Shown here piece by piece: positions 51,835 through 63,551 of a stretch of 64,000 nt of DNA. Within the stretch, counting starts at the first letter, position 1, and every line of letters begins with the position of its first letter. The notes beneath the pieces were generated by a model. It had not been told where the DNA came from. It saw only the letters and a program-made list of their open reading frames with translations, and made no database searches. The position numbers were made by a program, and so were the translations under genes. The DNA lies in contig NW_026941175.1 of assembly GCF_032062105.1 (NCBI RefSeq), forward strand, positions 1 to 64,000, read 5' to 3'. Source of the stretch: Saccostrea cucullata. Its lineage: Eukaryota.

Positions 51835-52565
51835 GATATGAATATAGCGAACAGTAATTAATATCAAAGTCCATAAAACAATACAAAATAGAAGCAGAGC
51901 AAGAACGGACCTCCGAAACATCAGAGGTTGGATCAGGTGCCATGGAGGAGTGAGCATCCCCTGCTGACCGGTCACACCCGCCGTGTGCTCATTGTCATGA
52001 TCGTGAAATAACGGAAAAATCCGTCGTTAATTCAGTATATAAATAATGGACTAACAATTGGTATGAAAATCGTCAGTCAGCATTTGACTCAATGATAAAT
52101 TGTATTTGCTGACAAGGTCATAGAACTTAAGAAATGATGACTTTAAACGAGACTGCTGATATTCTTGTTTCATCAACTTGATTGTCAATAATTTACCTCG
52201 TTTTAGAAATTGTTCACACCTAGAGCATGCTCTTGCGTATCGAATCAACTAAATAATATATATACTCCGTATGCAGGTGATGAAGGAATATTGCTGCAAA
52301 AGAAGGGGAAGTTGAAGATAGAAAAGTTCAAGTCATTACGTTTATTATAAAACTTGATTGTTAGGTAACCATTAACTTCTTTTTCAAGTAAAATATCAAA
52401 GTATGAAACAGATGTGTCAGACTCTGTAGTATCTTTTATCTCAGGCTCTCCTGGATATATCATATCGACGTAGGAATGGAAATTACCATTTCTAATTAGC
52501 AATACGTTGTCGATATATCTGAAGGTCGAGTTGAAGGCCAAAGTAAGTTTTTTTCTTCTTTTCAC
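51835..52565 (-). mobile_element. 5'-truncated Penelope-like retroelement (RT C-terminus + 3' end), frameshifted
   Basis: ORFs 52565-52245 and 52248-52051 give FNSTFRYIDNVL..KDTTES..FYNKRNDLNFSIFNFPFFCSNIPSSPAYGVYI / LIRYARACS..KLMKQEYQQSRLKSSF. This is the YIDD motif region and thumb of PLE RTs with no downstream endonuclease (Naiad-like arrangement). Absent from the paralogous site at ~42595. Confidence 0.85.
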
Positions 52566-53949
52566 GCATTAGATAAGGATAAGGCTTGATAACTTTGCTT
52601 ACTTTGAGTTTTTTATTTCAAACTCTCTCTCTCTCTCTCTCTCTCCGCAGAATTGTTAAGGCTTGAAAAAGGGAGCGGGACCTAATTTATACGGGAAATG
52701 TTTACTGTGATTTTACATTGTTTACATTGGATTTAATGTATTACTCATAAAACCAGAAAATGAAATAATTTGCAACTTTAAACAGTATTACCATAATACA
52801 CAACATTAAAACGTATAAAAAATGCATTAAAAAAGTTGGTGGTTAAATCTCATACAGCTGGTTATAAACAAATCACTGATCTCGATGAACTTGTCGACAT
52901 GACGTCATTTTGGTAGAAATGACGTATTTCATGTGCTGTGAGAGGCAGATTGAGGTATTTTTTTAACAATAAAAAATGCGTTTTATTATTAGACCGAATA
53001 TTATTTACGGGTTATAAATAAGCTATTAATGCAAATGTATAGCCTCTGTTTAGTGTTTTTTTTTTCATTAAAGCTATATATGCCGTATTAGTGTTTTATT
53101 TTAAAAGTAATAAATATATGTGGTGTCTTATCAAGTTATATAAGTTATATACCTTCTGCAAATAAGACAATTTCCCTCCATCACTTTTAAAAGTTATGAA
53201 ATATTATTTGGTAAAAATTACTTTCTTTCCGTGTCGGATAAAAAACCGCCTCTTATTGAAATATTCATGATCACGTTGTCTCGCATGTTTACAGCAAACA
53301 ATGGTCCAATCTCGTGAATGAACCGAAAAGCATGATGGTCTACTACGATATTACTACAAACACGTGAGTTAGGGATTGTCAATATTGAGAGCACCTCAGA
53401 GTTGGTTACTTTTTGTACGGAGGAATAATCACGTGCAATTGTCTTTTCAATGGACATTTTCGGTTGGGTGAACTTCTACAGATGTCAGCGACTATGGATA
53501 AAGAAGTGTGGAAACCATGTTGTGCCAAAATGAAATAACTAATACAAACAAATGATATTATTTGATCAATCAAAATGGTTATTAGATACATTCGATTCTG
53601 CATTTCTTAATGGTTCAAAACAACAAAAAGTATTCCATAGAATATCATGTATAAATCTGCACAATATACCGAATGCCAAAACCAGAATACTACTAAATAA
53701 TATAAATATATTCTTTACATATGAACCACAGTATTTCTGACCCCTCGAAAATAATATAAAAAATCTTGCAAGTAGGTTATCAGCATTGGCTCGGGCTAAT
53801 TCGAAAGTGAAATTTGAAGTTTGGCAGTAAATTGTAGTGAATGAATAAAATTTAGTCATATTTAGTAGTGAAAGATATTGGAACCTATTTTACTTGTCAG
53901 ATTTCTTCGAGCTAGTTGATTTTTATTCTAACTGTTTTATCCCCCACCC

Positions 53950-54135
53950 CTCGGATGAGACCGTATAAACCAAGGCCCCGTGTCGCAGTAGGTGCTGGCA
54001 CGAAAAAGATCCCTCCCTGCTCAATGGCCCTAAGTGCCGAGTTTAGGACAAAATTTGCAGCTCTCCACCGGCAAATGGTGGCGTCTCCATATGAGTAAAA
54101 AATTCTCGAGAGGGACGTTAAACAATAAATCAATC
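53950..54135 (+). mobile_element. 5'-truncated SINE (Meta-domain type)
   Basis: GGCCCCGTGTCGCAGTAGGTGCTGGCACGAAAAAGATCCCTCCCTGCTCAATGGCC core and GGGACGTTAAACAATAAATCAATC tail. Confidence 0.7.
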
Positions 54136-55127
54136 TATTCCCCCACCCACTTTAAAAAAAGCCCGATGCTACCTACCTGAATTAATTTTTCTTAAAGGTG
54201 TTAATCGTATTGCTTGGTTGTGCCCTCAAACTGGAATAGTTTTTAGAGGCCTGGAATTCCTTGACCAATTTTATTTTATTAGCCCAACTATATTTCTAAG
54301 AAGGCAAGATGTATGGTATGTAAGTTTCATCTACATATGTTATGTAGTTCATATTAGAAAACCAAATGGGATAATTGACGATATCCCATTCACGGTGTAA
54401 ACATAGCAATTTAAATTACTTTCCATACATTGTACTTGACATAAAATATTTTTTTGCGCATAATGCGCTCCATACTGAAGATCTGTAAATGTTCACCCAT
54501 CCACTAGCAGTACAGCACGGGGAAACTCTAAACAAACGGACCTGTACAATGGAGTGGGGAAAACTTTAATTTTCATCATTGTTAATCATTTGTATGCAAA
54601 TATGAGCATGGGATTAGTAGATAAAAATGTACATAATGCATCAAGTCTTTCTGAGAGCGATTTAAAAAACTAGCCTTTTTGAAAAACACATGTAGTATTT
54701 TATGTAGTAACCCATAAATGCATTAAATGCAACTCATTGAGCTGATTGGTCTACTTGTGTCCCTCACTGAACAGACGTCACAAAATATATTTTCCTCGAC
54801 CTGGCTATGATTCTCTCGATGCTTTTCCCGCGTACATGCGCAGATCCAGGATAAACGTCGATCCTTTATAAATATGCATGAGAATATCGTGTTCTTTTCC
54901 TGACCAGTACTTTGTTAATACCGAATAAAATTTCGTCGAATTTGCAAGAATGCTTCATTTTTGGTAGTTTATCACACTCCAGAAATTTTTGTTCGGTTTC
55001 AGCTGTGCACAAATACTATTTAACACGGCATACATATCTTTAACTATCGAAAGAATGTATTTAATTAATTTTGTCGTGTTTCTATGCACAGGTTAGGAAT
55101 ATTTTACATCAAGATGCCTCATTAAAT

Positions 55128-55172
<45 letters not shown>

Positions 55173-56844
55173 ATGGGCATACACTAAATTCATCTTAACA
55201 ATTTTTTGTATTCAATTAAAGGATATTTTCCTTAACTTGAAAAGTGCTGCTGCTTTTTTTAAATCGAGAGCTCGACTTAATAAGTACACACAATATTTGG
55301 TAAAAGTCAGACATATTTCGACATGGTCCTATTTACTTGAAATTTTAATTATAAAAACGTGAATTCTATTCAAAGCATCAGCACTTGCAAGAAAGTATAA
55401 AGTATGCAAAAATATTTAATAGCATGAATTTTTAATTTCAACTAGGGTATGCCCTAGCGATATTGAAATTTGTTATTGACCTACAATTAGTACACGTAGT
55501 ATGTATTCACCACGTGACTGTCCATCGATGGGACCAAACTTCATACAGTACAGAGTAGGTTATACTAGGCTATTTCCATAAGTGTTTGACTTCTGTGACG
55601 ATAAAACAGCTTAAGAAAAATAAATTCAGTTTAAATTAAAACACTTCACATACACTCCATAACATATTAAAACGGATTTATGTTCACCTGACAGCAATTA
55701 ATATTTGTATATCAGAAGAGTATTGAATTAATTTAAGTTTGTCCTATAATAAAGATTGTGGATGTATAATTATTAAGTTAACTAAATGGATCACTTTTCC
55801 CCCACTTTTCACAAAGATGAAGCAAAACGTATAAAACAATACGTTAGTTTTATTTTTGAGGCATTCTACTAATTTTTTCCCACATTAGGAGTAAGGGGTA
55901 ACCATTGGAAGAAAATTTCTGTGAATGTGCACAATGAAATGATATGGACAATTATGCTTGAGGATAACAAGTATTCTGTGATGTCAATGTCAATTGCACA
56001 TACATTGTATTTAGACAGTGTTCCTAATATGAGCAACACTTTCAATTTAACGAGGCGCAGTCCAATTATTTCTGCACAAGGGATTTTTATAATTTTTTTT
56101 ACAATTATTTTTTCTGTTATATTCATTGTTTTAAGATTAAAAAATCAAAAGTATACATTCCTATTTTTGGAGACATCTCAAAAGGTATCAAATTTAACAA
56201 TTGGACCCTGTGGGAATTTTTCAAAAAGCTCCAAAGTATCACATTTTCACCAAATTTTTGGTGTTTCTGCCTTAGGAATTTTGTTATTCATTCAAGTAGA
56301 TAAAATTAATAGTATAAAGTGACCAAAGTTTAAAATTTTTCATCTAGGTTGGTCTGTGAATTAATTACTAAGATTATCTTTTCAAAGCCCAATATCTCTA
56401 AAATTGCGATATAATATATTAAAACATATTAGAGCAGAACAAATTATCAGCGCATGTGATTTTTTTTTTTTAAATAGCAATGTTTACATTTCGAATATCT
56501 TTATTTTGATGGTTTTTCATCAGTTTAAAGCATAATATCCATTGACATCTTGAACAAAGCGTCATATATTGTTTACAAAATCGGAAAATTGTGACGTCTA
56601 TAGAGCCATTTCAGCCTTTTTTTTTCTTTTTTCTTTTTTTTTATACATTTTTTGTCACGAAATCACATTTTCAGACAAGAGGGGTTACAGATAATGTTAT
56701 TTTTGTATCAAAATCAAAACATCCAGCAAAAGTATATTGTAATAGTTGATATTTTTAATTCGTAAAATTTTTATATTAAGGAGTAAACACTGCTATATAC
56801 AAGTGATAAACTAAAATAGATGAAAAGCAATGTGGAAATTACTG

Positions 56845-59800
56845 TCACTTTCCAATAAGATTTCCAACTATATCCGGACTCCCAGTATCATTCCGGGTAT
56901 AAATGTAAAGTGGTGGGTTGTGACCTTCAGGCAGTGTATAGTAATTCTGACCGTCAACACTCCAACAAATTGCCTCTCCAAGTCCTTCATCATGATATGG
57001 AACTTCAATAGGTGTCGCAGTCATTGACGTCAAGACGTCACCGCCCTTAATTTTCCAGTAAAAGATGTGGTATTTTGATTTGATAAGGAGTTCGCTACCG
57101 TCCATGGAAATATCGCCAGAGACTGGGTCGTTGTGATCAGTATGAATAGGAAGAAACTGGGATGAATCAATATTGACTGGGTTAGGGCTTCCCCACGCAC
57201 TCTTTGGGAGATTGGAAATCATTCCACGCCCGCTGCATATATATCCTATAAGGTATACCTCCCCTTTGGGATCGACCATCAACGTTCCTGATTCCTTCTC
57301 TGACCATCTGAAGGAGAAATGGCAATTATAATTTTTTTATTTTCATGTGGAGATTGACCATAAAAATTAAGGATTTAAATGTGTAATAAGCCACTTCCGG
57401 TTAAAATGCCGAGGTATTTGACATCGGCAGTTCTCGTAACATCTATCTTCGTAAACAAAATGGCGCGTCGTCAAGACGGCATAGGACGCTATCATAAAAC
57501 TTACACCAAAGGAACAGATTATAACTAATCAAAGGAAAGAATTGATATGATATTAAATAGAAAACACCTTACTATAATTTGGTTTTCAAAATATGCAGTC
57601 AAAACGATGTAATCTTCATATACACACTACACGGGGTTTTCCAACTTCTAAAATTAGCACCGATTTCGAAAAAAACAAACGAAGTAATTTTTCATTGTAA
57701 TTTTGTGATTCTCTTAACACCAGCTAACAGTTTGAGAAAATAATGTATGTAACAATATCAATAGCATTGCGTTTATTGTGGAATCTGCAATAAATCGACA
57801 GATGTTGCGTACATATAATCCCTACATAATGTAATATGCTGGAATTGTGCAAACCTGTGGCCGTGCTAAATGATTCTCAGGATTTGTGAAATATCAATGA
57901 TTTCTAGAAAAATAATTGACAAAACAGACTTAAGGTGGCTCATTACATCCACAGTTTATTTTAGATTTCAGTACAGCACCACTTATAATGTAGATGTCAA
58001 ATATCCAGATGGGGGTATTGTATCATAATTATTTTTTTATAGAATTTTTTAGTTTTTGTTTTATTTTTGTGAAATGTTTTATTTCAGGTTTATTATTCAC
58101 AGAATTTCAGAACTTTCAGTGTCAAATGATGGGCATCTTCTTCAGACAAGTACACACAGTTAAAATACCTCATTATACCAAAAATAATTTTATTAGAAAA
58201 AAAAATTTTCTCCTAGAAAACAGTTAATGTCATTATCTTTTTAATCTATGCATAGAACATTTAAAAAATGTGTTCTGAAGAGACAAGGAATGTATTTCAA
58301 TGAATTACATGTGTCAAATTGAATGAAGAAAGTTTAAACGAAATGAAAAATCGTATTTAAAAAATATTTGGTATAAAAAGTCCACTTTCAAGAGTTATCT
58401 TTCCTAATTAGCCAAGACTCAAAACACTATGGAACGTTTGACATTACATCTAAAATTCAGAATAAAGCTTTAAATTGCCAGAGTATACATTTAAATCAAT
58501 AAAACAAATATTTAAATCAATAAAACAAATATATAAATTAACACCAACACAGTAAATAGCGCAATTAAATAAAATTTTAATTTCAACAAGGTTGTAGATT
58601 TTAACTCGAATTTCCTCCATACATACATGTTAGTGATTGATAGAGTTCACTGCATGCATGGCTATGAAATTGACATTACTTGTTTGGCGAAGATTTGACT
58701 GTTGCCTTCTTTTGTTTCTGCCTAAAAGCAATTCTTCTTGGTCTATGCATAATGAATCCGTTACTTTGTTTTCACTGTTTACAACACCGCATGTTTCATC
58801 TATTTTTAAAGCGTTTTAAAGGTCAGGGTCATATTATAGAGGTACCTATACAACTCGTCCCCTGAGCAAACCGGTCGACACAATGGAGGTTTATTTTTTT
58901 GTGTAGTACGTCATCAAAAAGTGGTGTAATGAGCCTCCTTAAGATATCTAGATACTCATGCAACATACATTAATGTCACGTTCAATTGTCCATGTTATCA
59001 TACATGAAACATGTTGCGTGAAATATCTGAGATGATCAAATAGATAGATCAGTAAATAAATGTAAAAATATGTTTAGAACTTTAACAAAAAAATAATATC
59101 AGTTATGAGAACAAAAAAAATTCAGGGTGAATTTTATCTGTGTGGGTTTTTATTTACTTATTTTTTGCAAAAGTTTAGCCGCGTCGGAAAGAGGGGGGGG
59201 GGTAACATATTTATTTATACATATTTTATTAATTTATAATATATGTGAGGCACAATATCGTTTTTAAAACCCTTTGATCAGTGTTTTGCTATCAGTCAGA
59301 TATGTTTTAGCCTTCATTGTAAAGTAAATATAAACTATGAAGAACTTTTTACTTATGGGAACTGCAAAAATATAGTTTATTTTGTAAACTCTCGTCTGGG
59401 TTAAGGTCAATGTGAGAAGAGGTCAATTTTCTGAACAAATAAATCTAAAGTGAATTGAGTTGAGTATGACAATCATCTTTTGTTTATATATGCTCAAGCT
59501 CATTAGTTCATTCATTACAACCTATGTACCCTATACCACGAACAAAAAAAAAAATAATGGCTTACATTTCAGAGGGTACATCACTCTGATGTAGAATATA
59601 GATAAATATTGTGGATAGAATAATTCTTTTTTGTGGTTATATTATCACAAATACATGTCACACAAAATTTACTATGTTTTCTTGAACATCCCAACAATAT
59701 TTTTCTTTGGCAGAATAATGTAAACGGTTTTATAACAACATATTGCTAAAATTGTCAAAGAAATCAGACAGGTTCTCTCGATTACAAGTATTCATTTATC

Positions 59801-62593
59801 ATAATTAATGACTTCGAACTAAAAAAAATTGAATGTCTACAATCCTAGGGCTTATTTTTACAGTTAAATACATGAAACGTTAAACTGTTCTCTGGCTAAC
59901 TAGAAAAATTACAACTCTACCCTTTGTTCATTAAGTGTGCACCACTGGCGAGAGGGTACAGTTATATAAATGAGCACATAAGAAATATGTATGGACAAAA
60001 TTGCATGAAACTAAGGGAAATATTACCGAAAGTGCTGTTCATTATAACTATGCTTAATTAAGTCATATTCAAGGTCATGGCTATTACACCCCTAATACCT
60101 TAAATGAACTAATTAAAAACACGTTAACTCTATACGTAATTTCCACATGGTAATAATTCTGCGGAATCACATCAATTTGATCAGCGGGTAAAAATTACGC
60201 GGATTCTTTCAGTGCCAAAAATTATATATTGTACACTACACTGTATAAATAAGAAGAAAATGGTATTATCTACCTAAAATTTGTCTGCCTTAGGAACATA
60301 GGTTTTTTTCAAAGAACAGCATTCAAATGACTCGGGTCAACATACATGTACGTATGCGGTACCTTCCCGCCAGCTCATAAATTTCGACTTATGAAATAAT
60401 TCTTGAGGTTTACATACATCAAATTCAAATAAACTTTTTAAAAAAGAATGAATTCCATAAACACATACTTTAGACGTACATCTACAATTATCAGCACTGA
60501 GGTCAAGTCATGTGAGGTGGCTGATCAACGCACACCTGTTCATTCAAACAGAAGCTTGGGAAAATCGGTGAATCTTACACGAGTAAAAAAGCCAAACAAT
60601 TTTCTCTTTGGCCTGAAAGTGTGCTGCCATGTGTAAATGTAATTTTTCAGAAGTTAATGTAAATGATTTTTATGACATGTTATATGCGTGCCTTTAGTTT
60701 TTTAAATGAAATATTTAAAGCAAATGAATATTTTAAACTTGATTTCGAGCTAACATGTCATTAACAATTCAATTAATTATACCAGTTAAAACATAAGGGG
60801 ATCTGGAAAAACTGCAGCAAAACACGGGTCTTGGCGATTCTATAATTGGATGATTGACACATATCCTCTTAAGGACAAGTCCTTGTGGCACGTGCCGTTA
60901 TCTCTAACTAGGAGTTGAAGATCAAATTTGAGGCAAGGATATTTATAAATGTATGCCGGAGAAATTATTTTTCAAAGAATCGAAATTATTATTTTGTGAA
61001 TTCTTAAAACTTCTTTGCATTATTTACGGTGTGTGGATATCAAAAATATATATGCATAGAAGATATATTTAACATGCATGTAGACCTATACCTACACAAG
61101 TCGTATCTAATAACGTATTACTTTTTTCTTATATTCTCATTCATTTAGTGCAATGTCATTCCTAAATGCACTTTAAGTACGTTGTGATAAGTTTCCGCGG
61201 AAAAATGATGTTCACGTTCATAGCGTAAATTAATCCCACACAGATAAAAGTACATGAACACTATATAAACCCTATATGTGTAATGCACTGATCTGCTTAA
61301 CTTTCTCATATCTCTTGCTATATCATTTACATATAGGATGTAATGTCAATGATTTATACTAAATACAATCAACATTGGATCTTACTTCAAAAAAAGGTGT
61401 CTTATGAATCTTTGGAATCTTTTTGCTGTACTGCTGAATAGTCAAAATGAAATCTTTTTTAGTTGAAGATGGCTATTTTGCTTTTAATTAAATCATTTAT
61501 GAATGAAATAAAGTTAAAAGGTAAATCTGACTGACTACACGTCTTTCTCTAGAATATCGCTTTAAAAGATATAATGAAAATTTACCAAAATAAGTCATGT
61601 TTTTTCTTACGTGTATCGAGCAGTGGAATCGAGGGGTAAAACTTGATCCATATTCCTAATAATGAAATCGGGCTCTAGCACTCTGTATATTGTGTTTTTT
61701 GGAGTTGAATGTTTTTTGCCAGAATCAGCAATGTAAATACAACTGGAATTTCCACACGGACCGACAGCAATATCCTCCCAATCATGATTCTTGGCATTTG
61801 CAATTCTTAATGAAGCGATCAGAGCCCCGGATGTTGCGTTTATTGCGTAGATATAGGGACCCCCGTTTCCATCGTTGTGGGTGTATAGGACATTCTTGAA
61901 TTTTCGGCTGGCTGCTAGTCCGGATGCATCCGTTAGGTCTTCGAAGATGACACGAGCCACAAGTTTTCCAGCAACAAAATCTAGATGTAAAAAAAATTCC
62001 AATTTTAATAATGTCTTGCAATGTATTTTACTCCGTTCTAACAATAAACTTTTCTTACAAATGCTAATTCATATTTTTTTATTTCAATTCCAAGAATTGT
62101 TGTGTCGTTATCTTTAAATATTTGAGAATGGAAATCTTGCCAAGTTTCTAAACTACTATTGTCCAGCACAAATCCCTAAGAGCAAATCTGATTTTTTGCA
62201 TCAAAACAATGTTTTTAATGTTTTTTTTTTATTTAAATATTAAGTTAATCTTAATTGTTCATATATTGAAGATTTAAAAAAAAATCTAGTTTAGTTAAAA
62301 AAAGAACAAAATATAATTTTTACACTGTAGAAATTTTCTTTTAATAGCAAATGTTTTAGGTGAGGGCCTTAATTGCAAACACTTTTTAATGATTTCTATT
62401 TCTGAGAGAAAAAGAAACATTCAGCTGCATCTCAAAATACGTAAAAAGTACATAATTCCAAAGATTATGAAAATAAAAACATTCTTTCAATTAATTAAAT
62501 CAGTTAATTACCTTCCGAATTGTCTATTGTCTGACGTTTCAGTGCCAGTGACGCTGTAATGCTCAGTAGCAGACAAAGATACACGCCGGCCAT
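56845..62593 (-). CDS. Secreted DWEDIA-motif protein, copy 4, 304 aa
   Basis: Exons 62593-62512 (MAGVYLCLLLSITASLALKRQTIDNSE), 61980-61611 and 57307-56845 (WSEKESGTLMVDPKG..PDIVGNLIGK*). Open frame; intron 2 is expanded to 4.3 kb by insertions. Confidence 0.88.
57371..60099. mobile_element. TTAA-flanked non-autonomous DNA transposon (Kolobok-like) in intron 2 of copy 4
   Basis: TTAA at 57367-57370 and 60100-60103, imperfect TIRs GGATTTAAATGTGTAATAAGCCA / TGGCTATTACACCCCTAATACC. Flanks rejoin to the uninterrupted AAATTAAAT..ATT.AAAACACGT of copies 2 and 3. Confidence 0.75.
57934..58938. mobile_element. Nested TTAA-flanked Kolobok-like MITE (~1 kb)
   Basis: TTAA|GGTGGCTCATTACATCCAC ... GTGGTGTAATGAGCCTCC|TTAA. 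Confidence 0.8.
60130..61265. mobile_element. Further ~1.1-kb insertion in intron 2 of copy 4 (degenerate MITE-like)
   Basis: Lies between AAAACACGTTAACT and TAAACCCTATAT, which are only ~10 bp apart in copy 3. Subterminal CGCGGA/CCGCGG motifs at both ends. Confidence 0.5.
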
Positions 62594-62809
62594 GTTTGTG
62601 TCGGTAGAACTGCGCAAAAGATATCGGGGACCTTGATCCTTGTTAGAAATTGGGAAATACGTAATGGTCACGATGGAATATATTGATATGAAGTTATTTA
62701 GCTATTCAGGCAAGAACGATATTTTCTTGTAATCCACCATTAACATTTTTTATTTTTTTTAATAAACTATTGTTTCCTTTTTCCCGATTTCCAGAGTAAA
62801 ATGAAATTT

Positions 62810-62915
62810 AAAACAAGGGGCCATATCGCTCGCCTGAGCACTGGTTAGGAAAAAAAACTATGATCGAACATTTTGGCCTCATCCTTCCCCTAGGGTTCAT
62901 GCTTTGAACAATTTT
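62810..62915 (-). mobile_element. Truncated HINE upstream of copy 4
   Basis: AAACAAGGGGCCATATCGCTCGCCTGAGCAC terminus plus a partial monomer. Confidence 0.6.
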
Positions 62916-63052
62916 AGGCAAACCATCATTTGTAACAAGATGGACCCAACTTATAAAACACCGTTTTTATTGATAGTTTGGTGAATAAAAGTTCACCGTG
63001 AAACTCTCACAAGTTAAGTCACAATATGGCTGTCAAGATGGATAAGAAAATA

Positions 63053-63273
63053 TACCTTATAGCAGGTTATTCTAGAGGGGTGCTAATTTTAAATGTGTGG
63101 AGTTTTTTGCGTTTTGACATAAGCCCGCTAAATTTTAATCTCTGAAATATTCATGGATCAGTACGTTTTAGTGTTCATCTGCTAAGAGCTGACACTCTAA
63201 AATAAATCAAGCCAAAATTTGTTGCAGACAAAAACCAAAATTTAGACATGCCAAGAAAACCCGTTATACGGTA
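63053..63273. mobile_element. TA-flanked MITE
   Basis: Imperfect TIRs TACCTTATAGCAGGTTATTCT / AGAAAACCCGTTATACGGTA. Confidence 0.5.
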
Positions 63274-63551
63274 TCGAAATAATTCCACAATATGGGTTTT
63301 GTATTTTTTTTTTATCTGTTGAAAAATTCATTAAAGTTCATTAATTTTCTTTTATAACAGTATACTAGTATAATTGGTTAATGCTGTGTACAAAAGGTCA
63401 AAAGGCAAAAGAAAGGTCAAAATAAAGAGGCTGTATCTGAAAACGTAGGAATATCAAACTACCTTTCCTCATATAGAACATATTTAAACATTAAATCCGT
63501 TAGAACATCTACAGAAAGTAAAAAGCTATAATTCTAGGGATCATTAGCTTA

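Noticed and set aside
53218-53859. Cluster of overlapping short ORFs
   Set aside because: No recognisable motifs or consistent splice structure. It lies in an insertion-rich spacer and is probably TE interior.
55921-56322. 133-aa hydrophobic ORF (weakly echoed at 33692-33886) as a membrane protein gene
   Set aside because: The homologous blocks in sister units have indels and stops and do not preserve the frame. It is more likely duplicated non-coding or TE-relic DNA.
29030-62593. Bacterial contamination as the source of the DWEDIA genes
   Set aside because: The genes have conserved GT-AG introns and a signal-peptide exon, and are interleaved with bivalve-type TEs.
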